DNA of 64,000 nucleotides from a bacterium (GTDB lineage Bacteria; Patescibacteriota; Minisyncoccia; UBA6257; GWB1-50-10). The notes under the pieces are model-generated. The model saw only the letters and a list, made by a program, of their open reading frames with translations. It did not search any database and had not been told where the DNA came from. This document shows positions 17,085-25,973 of the stretch, piece after piece (within the stretch, counting starts at the first letter, position 1; each line of letters opens with the position of its first letter). Both the position numbers and the translations under genes were made by a program. Location of the stretch: contig JAKAID010000002.1 in assembly GCA_021814545.1 (NCBI GenBank), forward strand, positions 7,009 to 71,008, in the 5' to 3' direction.

Positions 17085-17116
17085 ATCAGTACACCAAAAA
17101 TAAGCGCCGCCGTCAA
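17085..17116 (-). promoter_or_regulatory. Promoter of P5
   Basis: Minus strand TTGACG-N17-TGTACTGAT, the same architecture as the P1 and P4 promoters. Confidence 0.45.
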
Positions 17117-17151
17117 TAACAACGCCGCCCGAAGCACATTCGAGCGGCGTA

Positions 17152-17373
17152 TTAATACACGAAAATAAGTTCTCTGTTCGGCCCGTACACGGCGATATCC
17201 ATCTTGAGCATCTGCCCCCATTGCCGTATCGCGATATCGGCGTTGTCTGCGTCAAAGCCATACCCCGCGAGCAAGCGTCTCGCCTCTTCTTCGGTACACG
17301 CGATATCCGCAATTGCCCTTACGATCGCGGTTGCCTCTTGTAGAGTGAGCAGCGAAAACAGATCGAACTTCAT
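17152..17373 (-). CDS. Small hypothetical protein (73 aa)
   Basis: MKFDLFSLLTLQEATAIVRAIADIA... ORF. The upstream Arg-rich part of the ORF-track call is a spurious extension. Confidence 0.45.
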   Translation of the reverse strand: MKFDLFSLLTLQEATAIVRAIADIACTEEEARRLLAGYGFDADNADIAIRQWGQMLKMDIAVYGPNRELIFVY

Positions 17374-17445
17374 AGTTCGCCCCATTCTTTTATGAACAGT
17401 ATAAAAAACTATTGTTACTATACCACAAATAAGAAAACCCCCGGC

Positions 17446-17480
17446 ACAAGATACGTGCCAGGGGTTTGTGAAACGATGCC
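17446..17480 (-). terminator. Rho-independent terminator
   Basis: CCCCCGGCACaagatacGTGCCaGGGG flanked by A and T runs. Confidence 0.45.
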
Positions 17481-17483
17481 CCG

Positions 17484-17702
17484 CTACCAGGAGCTCGGGG
17501 GGCGAGCCTCGATGCGCCGCGCCTCCGCCTCGCTGAACTCCTCGGCGACGAAAACGGCGCCGTCGGCGTACCACGCGCGCATGAGCGTCGTGGCCGTCGT
17601 GCCGGGCAGCGGACTCGCGGAGTCCGGCTCCTCGCCGAGCACCACCACGTTCTCGACGCCGAGGATCTTCCTCGCGTCGTTCAACGTCGTGACTCGCTTC
17701 AT
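17484..17702 (-). CDS. Small hypothetical protein (72 aa)
   Basis: MKRVTTLNDARKILGVENVVVLGEEPD.... Start taken at the internal ATG. Confidence 0.45.
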   Translation of the reverse strand: MKRVTTLNDARKILGVENVVVLGEEPDSASPLPGTTATTLMRAWYADGAVFVAEEFSEAEARRIEARPPSSW

Positions 17703-17824
17703 TTCCTTCTCCTTTTTGTAGTGCCGCCATCGGCACCGTGAACTGCTTACAGTAAAGCATAATTCTCTCGTAAAGTCAAGAGATGCGCAAAACAAAAGCC
17801 CCAGTATTACTGGGGGGTACTCTG

Positions 17825-18694
17825 CTACTTCGAGGGTGGGAATTGCTTCATACAGCCCCTCTGGATCTTCTCCGCCTCGTCGTCGGAAAGAGGCGCAGTC
17901 ACATCAAGCTTCAACTGCTCCCTACGCTTCATGTTGGCAACCCTCATACATCGGTAAAACGGTTCGCGATGCTGGACGTCCGAACACGCATAGAGCCCCA
18001 TAACGGGTCCGAAACGGCGCATCGTGGCCGCATCCTTGAGCCTGATGTTGGAGTGGTCGCTATAGATGAACTTCCGGAGTTGAACCTCATCGATTGCAGA
18101 AGTGTTCGGCGGGCAGTTCTTTCCAAATTTCTTCACCGCCCGCTCGACCGCGGCCGTGAGCTCCTCGGCCTTCACTTCCCACTCCGGACGCATCATGACC
18201 TTGTTCTCTGGGTCGGCAGCCTGCGCACGCGACACGAGGCACTGACAACGATCCTGCTCAGCTTTGGTCGTGTCTTTGACGCAGGTGAAGTAGAAGTTCT
18301 TCTGCTCCACCCAATCTCCCGGGACGGGCTTGCCTCGCCCATTGCAGCTCGTCATGAAGTCGCGAAGCGTTTGGCTCGGCCCAAACTGCGCGGACTGCGT
18401 GCTCCCGCCGTCGGCGCACGCCCCCGAGACCGCCACGAGGCGCTGCTTCATCTCGGCCTCGGACTGCGGAGGGCGAGGGTTCTTCTGCTCCGCCTTCTCG
18501 ACGAGGCACGCGCAGAGCTTCAGAGCCTGCTGGTTCGCGGCCTCTGTCTTGAGAGGCCCGAGCTTCATGATGAACTCGGAGGTCTTCTCGAGCTCGCAGG
18601 ACACGAGCGCCCCGCGGTGGGTATCCGCCGGCCAGGCGGCGTATGCCGGAACCGACACGACGAAAGAAGCGAGCAGCATGAAGATGAACCTCAT
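17825..18694 (-). CDS. Secreted Cys-rich hypothetical protein (signal peptide; two CxC-containing repeats)
   Basis: 289 aa. N-terminal MRFIFMLLASFVVSVPAYA, and two copies of a ...LKLCACLV... / ...DRCQCLV... motif. Confidence 0.55.
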   Translation of the reverse strand: MRFIFMLLASFVVSVPAYAAWPADTHRGALVSCELEKTSEFIMKLGPLKTEAANQQALKLCACLVEKAEQKNPRPPQSEAEMKQRLVAVSGACADGGSTQSAQFGPSQTLRDFMTSCNGRGKPVPGDWVEQKNFYFTCVKDTTKAEQDRCQCLVSRAQAADPENKVMMRPEWEVKAEELTAAVERAVKKFGKNCPPNTSAIDEVQLRKFIYSDHSNIRLKDAATMRRFGPVMGLYACSDVQHREPFYRCMRVANMKRREQLKLDVTAPLSDDEAEKIQRGCMKQFPPSK

Positions 18695-18818
18695 AGCCGT
18701 CTCCTTTTCGAATTAAGTACTGCGCGGAACAACTGAAACAGGTTTTAAACGAGCACAGGTTATTGTGCGAAAAACAAGCATCATTGTCAACAATACGGGG
18801 ACAACATCGCAAAACAAA

Positions 18819-18842
18819 AAACCCCGCGCAAAACGGGGGTTG
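18819..18842 (-). terminator. Rho-independent terminator
   Basis: CCCCGcgcaaaaCGGGGG hairpin with a T-run. Confidence 0.4.
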
Positions 18843-19031
18843 TTATATGCGCGGGTGAAAGCGCCGCGCAAGCGCGAGGGTGCCGCCGATGGTTTCGACA
18901 ACGGCCCCACGCGCAAGAAGGAGCGCAAACACACCAAGAAGAACTGCTGATGTTGCGATGCCAATGGCCGAATCGACTACCCTATCGACACGCGATCGCA
19001 TTTGCTCGCCCTCCTTTCCGTGCAATTTCAA
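18843..19031 (-). CDS. Small membrane protein (62 aa)
   Basis: One predicted hydrophobic helix. The gene is followed by a terminator. Confidence 0.35.
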   Translation of the reverse strand: MKLHGKEGEQMRSRVDRVVDSAIGIATSAVLLGVFALLLARGAVVETIGGTLALARRFHPRI

Positions 19032-19078
19032 AGGACACCCTAACTATCACGCGCTCGCCACCCGTGGTCAATGCGCCG

Positions 19079-22000
19079 CTATTCCTGAAATCCTATTCGC
19101 ATATACCAGTCTGCACTCCCCACCCGATTCCATCCGCCCACGCGGCATTCGTTCGTGCATTGAACATTCGCGCCCTGCCCATACCCCTGGCCCGCATACC
19201 CGTCCGCGTATGCGTCGCCAAGCTTAATCGCGTTCGCCCACATGTTCCGCGTGTAAACAATATTATTTCCATTTGCGATGACATCGAGGGCAAACCAATA
19301 TTGCGTGCTGCTCGCCACATGGACGGGCGTATCGAACGAAAATACCCGCTCCTGCTCTCTGTCAGGATTGAAAAGTGCGGCCGTTGTCGTCTGACCGAGC
19401 AAGTTTGAAAAATCAGGCTTCCCGTTGATGTCAGGATAAACAGAAAGTCTCGCCATCGCGGGGTCGTCTGCCCTCGTCTGGGACAACTTCAAACCGACAA
19501 CATTAAACTGGAAATCCTCTTTTGGCGTGAACGACTGGAAGCTGGCGGTATCAGAACCGTCGTTACTCCAAACATTCGGCCAAAATCCGAAATTGTCGCT
19601 CCATGAGTCCGCCTCGGTTTGTGCGATAAATACGGTTGACGAGGCTGGGCGCCATTCTGCGGTACCGATAACCGAAGTATTTCCGAAATCGTCTTTCGCA
19701 CGCACGCCAATTGAGTATGCGTCATCGATGCCAACGGTCCGGGTGTAGGAAGTGCCGGAAGGAGCCCACCGTGTTTCGTTGATACCACCGAGAGGAGAAA
19801 AATTGATGTCGTAGGTGAGATTTTTATCAAGCGTATCCCGGTCAGTCGCCGCCTGCCAGCTTATTGCGAGCGCCGAGCTTTGCTTATTGAACGCAACAGT
19901 CACCGCCCCGGGCAGAACCGGCTTTGTGCGCGCCGGCCCCTCGCCGAACGAATAGTGCTTCGCATCGGTCGCCACCAAAACATATGGCGTCGGCCCGAAC
20001 AATCCTCCGGTTAATGAAGTATCATAAAACGCAACAGTCACATAATCATTCGGCGAGAGCGAGAGATCATTCGTCGAAGAAGCGAGCGGGAACATAAGGT
20101 GCTTATCCTCAAGTTCCGAATACGCAAGGTCACCGCTGCACGGCCCATAGCCAGGACACGAGTCTCCATCAGGCAAAACCACACCCTTGGCAGCACTCAT
20201 GCTCCCATAGCTCGTACGATACGCGACCGTGAGCGCACCAGGCATGTCACTGAAATTGTCAGCATTCGAACCAAGTATGTCGGTCTTATGCGCAGGCTCC
20301 GCATTCAGATAGAACACAATGAGCCGCGCAGTGGCGATGTCTCCATGCGTAGACGGCACAAATGGATATTGGTCGTAGTAAACATCAAGGAGATATGCGG
20401 AAGAACTTGCTCGCGTATCACGCGAGAAATACACATTCGAAAAATAACTCGGTGCGTCAATTTCTGCGGTGCTCGTTGCGGAGCAAAGTCCCTCTGCATC
20501 GCAGGCACGAAGACCGAATGAATACGTGCGGCCAACCTGCGGGATTCTCATTGAATAACGCGGAGTCGAAGACGAATAACGCAACGTCGACGATGCGCCA
20601 TCCGTTTCGTTCAGCTCATAGAGCACGGTTGATGTCGCCCCCTGAAAATCATTTGACGGCTGCCATTCGAATGAAAGCGAAATCGCATTCGCCAGATAGC
20701 GGGCGATACCATCGGAATTTACTGCGGCCGGAACACCCGGTGCGGACCTTGGCTCGGGGTAGTTCTTTGCATTCTGCGGATTCGCCGCAGTGCGAACCTC
20801 AAAATCGCTGCCCGCATCGGAATCGCAGCCGTGTCCCGCAAATTCGCCGTCCGTGCCGAGAAGAGCGCTTGCGCACGCCCCAGATACCCACGCCTTGCGC
20901 TCAATGCTCGCGCCCCGTTCGGGAATCTGGGCGCCGTAATCGACCGCATCAATAATCGCCGGGTCATGCGCGTCGGTTATCTTTTCCCTGCCCCCCACAA
21001 GAAATACCCTCCCTCCGCTCTCGGCCGCCGACAGCGAAAATGTTCTCTGTATCATGTCCGCCTCCCTTGCCCCGCGATATCCGTCCTCGCCATTCTTGTC
21101 CGTGCCGCGGGCGATAAGAAAGAATCCGCGTGCGGGGATTACGCTGCCATCACCCATGTTTTTCTTGGCGACGGTCGAAGTTGAAACAGATTCAGTGCCA
21201 CTCACGTATTGGATGGACCAAGAAGAAATATCGAGGAGTGAATCGGTTGGGTTATAGAGCTCAATAAATTCATCTCCCGCATCCGTTCCCTGGACCTGAA
21301 GTTCGCTAATAACCGCATGGCGCACGCCCCGCGAACCCTTTGGCGTAATAGCCACAGAAAACTCCCTCGATGAGGTTGCGCCCTCATTATCGGTCGCAAC
21401 AAGCCGCGCAGAATAAGTTGATGCGGCCGCGTACGCATGGTCTGTGATTGCCTCGGTTGAACTTGCATACGTGCCATCGCCGAAATCCCACGCGTATGAA
21501 ATAAGTGCTCCGTCTTCGTCAGTGGATGAAGCGGCGTTAAACCGCACGAGCTCCTCGATTTGCGCGTCGAAGGGCGCGTACGTCAGCACGATTGCAGGGG
21601 GAATATTTTCGCGGGATGCCTCGCCCGGCATTGGGCGCGCGGCGCGCCATGCGTCCCCGACCCACTGGAGCGAATTCCCGTTGCCCCGCGCGCCGGAACT
21701 TGAGGCATACGATACCGCACTCAGTATGTTCTCTCCGCCCGTTATAGAAAGCGCTTCGCCATCGTTCGAGAGCGAAAATGCGCTACGGAACAGCGGTCCC
21801 TTATATTGTGGCCAATCTTTTGAAAATTGCGCCGCATCCTGCGCAACAACGGCATACGCCCCCGGCGTAAGTAGGCCATCGGTTCCGCTCGCGGAAATAA
21901 GATGACTTGTTCCGCCCTCCACCAGCCTCATTTTCCCGACCGGTACTGGACTCGTTCCATCGTTACGAATTTCTACCCACTCGTGCGCATCATCCGCTCC

Positions 22001-23518
22001 CAATGGGTCATACATGAGCTCGGTGATACCTATACGCGCCCCATCCCACGAAGCATCTCTTACCGGCATAGGGGGAGACAGCACGCTTGTTCCTCCAGAG
22101 TTCGGTACTGGAAACGCGGGCGCCCCCTCCTCAACCGCAACTAATTTTGCATGTGGCGCGGGAGCCATTGGCGCGTCCGAAGTGGCAGCTACGGTAATTA
22201 TCGGAGACTCTTCTTCGTCAATAACAACGATCGCACTTTCAGTCTCTTCTTTCGGTTCTATCGACAATGCCATCGGCCGTTCTTTTGCTGGCGGATGAGG
22301 AACATCGACTTCGTTCTCCGCCATCCTCTCAGGCGATTCGGTGGGGCGCGCGAACAAATTCAACACATACCTTCCCTTTGCTGCAACATTATCGAACATT
22401 TGCGAAGCTCCCGCCTGCAATTTGAAAAGCTCGCCGTAGAGTGAAAAAACAGGCAGTCTCCCCCACGAACGGTCCGCGCCAAGGACATGCGTTGGAAATT
22501 CCTGGGCAATTTTCGCATCCTCCGATTGTTTGTAAAAAAGGTCGATGATTCCCGCGCCATGCAACACCACCTGCCGCGACAAACGAGAAAAATAAGCACT
22601 TAGAATTGGGCGGGATTCTTCCTTGTTTTTCAAAATAGGGCGCCACAAAAGCGTATTTTGATCGCCCTGTATTGCAACATCGATATAAACAAGGGGGAAT
22701 TTAACTCCTGTTTCGTCTAATCCAAAACCATACCTGCCGCTTTCGTTTACTATTTTGGGATATTCAAACTTTGAATTACTAATTGTGTCCTTCGAGAAAA
22801 AATAACGATTTGAATAATTGGCTAATGCGGTAAGATGAGCCTCGATAGTCGGCTCCGATAGCGCAGTTTTCTTCTCCGCCAAAAGCCTTCCCGTGATATT
22901 TAACTTCTTAATGCTGTCCTCGTCGTATCTTGCCGCATAAGCCTCATACGGAGACCCCTCATCGCCGACAACATCTTTCAGCGGCGCATGAGTATCGTTG
23001 CGCGTATGGTCGGGAACCGACATGTCTTCTGCGAGGTGTAATACGTGTCCAAGCGCAATAAAAGCCGCCTTTCTATCACCTTTTGCGTATGCATTCGTAG
23101 CCTTCTTCCATGTTTCGTCTCCCCCATAATAAGAATACTGACCCTGCTCAAGGTCAGCATTTGCCCAACGAACTGCGGTGAGAGGTGCTTTCTGTGACAA
23201 TCCAAACCGCGCAAAAAGCATTACCGCATAAGGAGAAACACTCCCCTCGTTCTCCCCGCTCCATGCCACGCCATGCACAGGGTCAAAAAAGTGATTAATC
23301 CACCGCGGGGGCGTATCCTCGAGCCGACTCCCCTCGACAAGCCAGCTTCGCTCCTCATCACTCAAAGAAAAGCCGGGGTGGGTCGCGTTATAGAACGAAA
23401 CAACTTCAGACGTGAGGCCGGGATGAGTGGTGGCGTCATCATAGGCAAACACAACACCGAAATTCAGGAAAAGACCTACGAGCGCGAATGTTGAAACAAT
23501 GAAAGTTTTGCGCTCCAT
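19079..23518 (-). CDS. Giant secreted/surface protein (1479 aa) with an N-terminal zinc-dependent phospholipase C-like domain, two lamin-tail domains (LTD), a PKD domain and Fn3-like regions
   Basis: Signal peptide. PRWINHFFDP...ALGHVLHLAEDMSVPDHTRND resembles B. cereus PLC (HFYDP / LHYLGD..QPMH). The LTDs are EWVEIRNDG and EFIELYNPT, and the PKD region is YAWDFGDGT. Confidence 0.8.
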   Translation of the reverse strand: MERKTFIVSTFALVGLFLNFGVVFAYDDATTHPGLTSEVVSFYNATHPGFSLSDEERSWLVEGSRLEDTPPRWINHFFDPVHGVAWSGENEGSVSPYAVMLFARFGLSQKAPLTAVRWANADLEQGQYSYYGGDETWKKATNAYAKGDRKAAFIALGHVLHLAEDMSVPDHTRNDTHAPLKDVVGDEGSPYEAYAARYDEDSIKKLNITGRLLAEKKTALSEPTIEAHLTALANYSNRYFFSKDTISNSKFEYPKIVNESGRYGFGLDETGVKFPLVYIDVAIQGDQNTLLWRPILKNKEESRPILSAYFSRLSRQVVLHGAGIIDLFYKQSEDAKIAQEFPTHVLGADRSWGRLPVFSLYGELFKLQAGASQMFDNVAAKGRYVLNLFARPTESPERMAENEVDVPHPPAKERPMALSIEPKEETESAIVVIDEEESPIITVAATSDAPMAPAPHAKLVAVEEGAPAFPVPNSGGTSVLSPPMPVRDASWDGARIGITELMYDPLGADDAHEWVEIRNDGTSPVPVGKMRLVEGGTSHLISASGTDGLLTPGAYAVVAQDAAQFSKDWPQYKGPLFRSAFSLSNDGEALSITGGENILSAVSYASSSGARGNGNSLQWVGDAWRAARPMPGEASRENIPPAIVLTYAPFDAQIEELVRFNAASSTDEDGALISYAWDFGDGTYASSTEAITDHAYAAASTYSARLVATDNEGATSSREFSVAITPKGSRGVRHAVISELQVQGTDAGDEFIELYNPTDSLLDISSWSIQYVSGTESVSTSTVAKKNMGDGSVIPARGFFLIARGTDKNGEDGYRGAREADMIQRTFSLSAAESGGRVFLVGGREKITDAHDPAIIDAVDYGAQIPERGASIERKAWVSGACASALLGTDGEFAGHGCDSDAGSDFEVRTAANPQNAKNYPEPRSAPGVPAAVNSDGIARYLANAISLSFEWQPSNDFQGATSTVLYELNETDGASSTLRYSSSTPRYSMRIPQVGRTYSFGLRACDAEGLCSATSTAEIDAPSYFSNVYFSRDTRASSSAYLLDVYYDQYPFVPSTHGDIATARLIVFYLNAEPAHKTDILGSNADNFSDMPGALTVAYRTSYGSMSAAKGVVLPDGDSCPGYGPCSGDLAYSELEDKHLMFPLASSTNDLSLSPNDYVTVAFYDTSLTGGLFGPTPYVLVATDAKHYSFGEGPARTKPVLPGAVTVAFNKQSSALAISWQAATDRDTLDKNLTYDINFSPLGGINETRWAPSGTSYTRTVGIDDAYSIGVRAKDDFGNTSVIGTAEWRPASSTVFIAQTEADSWSDNFGFWPNVWSNDGSDTASFQSFTPKEDFQFNVVGLKLSQTRADDPAMARLSVYPDINGKPDFSNLLGQTTTAALFNPDREQERVFSFDTPVHVASSTQYWFALDVIANGNNIVYTRNMWANAIKLGDAYADGYAGQGYGQGANVQCTNECRVGGWNRVGSADWYMRIGFQE

Positions 23519-23530
23519 AAGACCAAATAA

Positions 23531-24046
23531 CTATAGGTCAGTTAATTTCCACACCCCGTTTGGATACAATTTCGTGTCGACATAAACAGGGTCATGAATG
23601 GCACATTCTGTTTTCTGGCCATCGCAATCCAAGTCCTTCGAGGAATTCAGCGCTTGCTTGAGAAGTAAAATTACTTCGCCGACTCTCGCATCGGTGGTTT
23701 TATCAAATCGATGCAATTCTTTCTCCTGTTTTCCACCTATAAAATACTTCGCGGCGAGTGCGTAATCACGCTTTTCGAGCGCAGCAATATAGAGCTGCAG
23801 CGTCTCTTTTGGTGTTTTCCCGCCATAAGTATCCGCCATTGCCGCCGCATAGTCTTCTTTCTCGTACTGCTTCATCGCGGCGACTATATCATCAAGCTGC
23901 GACTGGCCCACATAGCGTTCATATCGCGCAAGGCCCCAGAGGAGCGCGAAAGAAAGAACAACGATAGCAAGGAACCACGTAACGAACTTCCAATAGTGCG
24001 TGCGGCTCTTCTCTGCGGGCTCTGCTTTTATTTCTTCAGGATTCAT
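23531..24046 (-). CDS. Hypothetical membrane-anchored protein
   Basis: 171 aa with a single TM helix near the N-terminus. Confidence 0.5.
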   Translation of the reverse strand: MNPEEIKAEPAEKSRTHYWKFVTWFLAIVVLSFALLWGLARYERYVGQSQLDDIVAAMKQYEKEDYAAAMADTYGGKTPKETLQLYIAALEKRDYALAAKYFIGGKQEKELHRFDKTTDARVGEVILLLKQALNSSKDLDCDGQKTECAIHDPVYVDTKLYPNGVWKLTDL

Positions 24047-24207
24047 ATATAAAAAGCGCCCTTATGGCGCCTGACTTTCGACAGTTATCGAGCGTTCTGC
24101 TTCATGGCTTTCAAAATCGAGATTCCGTTCCCTCACCGAACGGAATCCGATTTGCTCTAATCATAGCAAACCCCTCTCCCGCAAAACAAGACGCCCTGTG
24201 GATACCG

Positions 24208-25071
24208 CTATTCAGCGATAGAAAAGCCCTTCCTCCCTTTTACGATGAATTTTTCTGCGCACAATTCTTCGAGTACGCTCTCCACTCGCTCGCGCGGCTC
24301 TTGAAGTACGTGCGCGAGCGCGGCTCCGTTCATCGCTCCCTCTTTGAGGAGCGATTTGAGAATTGCCCCGCGCAATGCACGGCGAGAACCCTTGAATGCG
24401 GGCTGCTTCCGATAGCGCGCACTCTTCCGATTCGGATTTTTAGGAGCGATGCGTGCAAGGTGCGTGCCATAATCCATAAGCGCGTAATACCACTCGCGCG
24501 GATTCTCCGTATCGAGCGTTTTTCGCACGAGCGCCATGATTGTTTCGTCTCTTACCTTCTTCGCGCGCGGAAAAAAGAAGTGGATAAATACGCGGCGGAT
24601 ATTCGTTTCAATGAACGGGATAGGCGCGTTGAACGCGAACGCGGCAATGGACCCTGCGGTCGCCGCCCCGATGCCGGGGAGCGCGTAAAGAAGTGCGGGG
24701 TCGCGCGGGAGTGCGCCGCGATATTCGCGTACCACGACCTCTGCGGCACGCTTCAGATTAAGCGCACGCCGGTTATACCCCATTCCCTGCCAGGCGCGAA
24801 GCACCTCGGACGTCCGCGCCCGGGCGAGCGCGCGAAATGTTGGGAATTGCTTGATAAATTGAGGGTATTTTACCTCTACCCTCGAAACCTGCGTCTGCTG
24901 GAGCATGACCTCGGACACAAAAATACGGTAGGGGTCATGCACGTGCGCGGGCTTGCGCCATAAAAGCGCGTGCCGCCCATGTGTGCGATAGTGGCTCCAG
25001 ATACTACGCTTAAATTCGTTAATGCTCATTCCGCCGTTCATAGAACAAACGCCTATCGGACAAATCCGCAA
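24208..25071 (-). CDS. HhH-GPD superfamily DNA glycosylase (MutY/EndoIII-like) with a C-terminal winged-helix-like tail
   Basis: VSEVMLQQTQV and LPGIGAATAGSIAAFAF helix-hairpin-helix. No obvious 4Cys Fe-S cluster. Confidence 0.65.
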   Translation of the reverse strand: MRICPIGVCSMNGGMSINEFKRSIWSHYRTHGRHALLWRKPAHVHDPYRIFVSEVMLQQTQVSRVEVKYPQFIKQFPTFRALARARTSEVLRAWQGMGYNRRALNLKRAAEVVVREYRGALPRDPALLYALPGIGAATAGSIAAFAFNAPIPFIETNIRRVFIHFFFPRAKKVRDETIMALVRKTLDTENPREWYYALMDYGTHLARIAPKNPNRKSARYRKQPAFKGSRRALRGAILKSLLKEGAMNGAALAHVLQEPRERVESVLEELCAEKFIVKGRKGFSIAE

Positions 25072-25140
25072 GCTGGCGGAAGCGAGCCAAGAGTGTCGGA
25101 CGAGCCTCGCGCTTCAATTGAGAAGCGGTGCGGCATTCGC

Positions 25141-25662
25141 CTACTGAGCTGCAGGAGTAACGGTCGTAAGGAATTGCGCCATAATGGGCTCTCCCGCATC
25201 ATCCACCATCACCACGTTCACCTTCGGGTCGAAAATCCTTCCCTCGTTGGGCGAATCATCCGTATGAAGCACCGCAAAATACGTGCCCGCGTCCACGGTC
25301 GGCCTCAAGAGCGCCACCGTGCCCGTACTCTCGCCCGCGGGAAACCACTGTGCGCCAAGCACCCTTCCCGGCTGGCCGTCCGCCACCTCATGGATGGCAA
25401 CCCACCCCGCCTTCCTCAATTTCACATCTTTCACCACGACCGAGTTCCCTGGGAGCTGGTCATCAACGGTCACCGAGTTCTCTCCGGTGAGTACAAGCGG
25501 AGTCTTCGAAACGACATTGTTATCCGCGGCCTTTTCCGCAGGGACAGGCGCGAACAAGAGCCATCCGAGACCGATGCCCGCGACGAACGTGACGCACGCG
25601 ATACCGATCGCCTTTTTCCTGCTGAATGATGCCACAGACGACGTTTTCGTTTCTTGGTTCAT
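25141..25662 (-). CDS. Hypothetical membrane-anchored protein
   Basis: 173 aa with an N-terminal TM helix. Confidence 0.45.
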   Translation of the reverse strand: MNQETKTSSVASFSRKKAIGIACVTFVAGIGLGWLLFAPVPAEKAADNNVVSKTPLVLTGENSVTVDDQLPGNSVVVKDVKLRKAGWVAIHEVADGQPGRVLGAQWFPAGESTGTVALLRPTVDAGTYFAVLHTDDSPNEGRIFDPKVNVVMVDDAGEPIMAQFLTTVTPAAQ

Positions 25663-25714
25663 ATTGGGGCAATTCTACCAATACAGGATGCCGCTGGCAA
25701 TTTGACGAATGCCT

Positions 25715-25966
25715 CTATTTCTTTTCCCGCACGTGCCGCCGCTCGCTGAAAACGAAGTAGTACAATATCTCAAGTACGCTGAGCAAATTGACGAGGAAAA
25801 GCACGATAAACCACACAAGGTCGTTCTTCCGCGCTGCTTTCCAGAGCGCAAGCCCCTTCCAGGCAAAAAGCCAGGTAAGCATCGCGAAGCCGAGGAACGG
25901 ATGCTGGCTTATCCACCCATTCACATCCTGCATATTCGCCGCCATCGACGTTAAGAATGTTTGCAT
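25715..25966 (-). CDS. Small two-TM membrane protein
   Basis: MQTFLTS...FAMLTWLFAWKGLALWKAARKNDLVWFIVLFLVNLL. Start taken at the internal ATG. Confidence 0.4.
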   Translation of the reverse strand: MQTFLTSMAANMQDVNGWISQHPFLGFAMLTWLFAWKGLALWKAARKNDLVWFIVLFLVNLLSVLEILYYFVFSERRHVREKK

Positions 25967-25973
25967 GAGTTCA

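Noticed and set aside
11093-18842. Possible CRISPR-like periodic repeats (the recurrent AAAACCCCCG... elements).
   Set aside because: The spacing is irregular (hundreds of nt, gene-sized). Each is an inverted repeat followed by a T-run at a gene 3' end, so they are intrinsic terminators, not CRISPR repeats.
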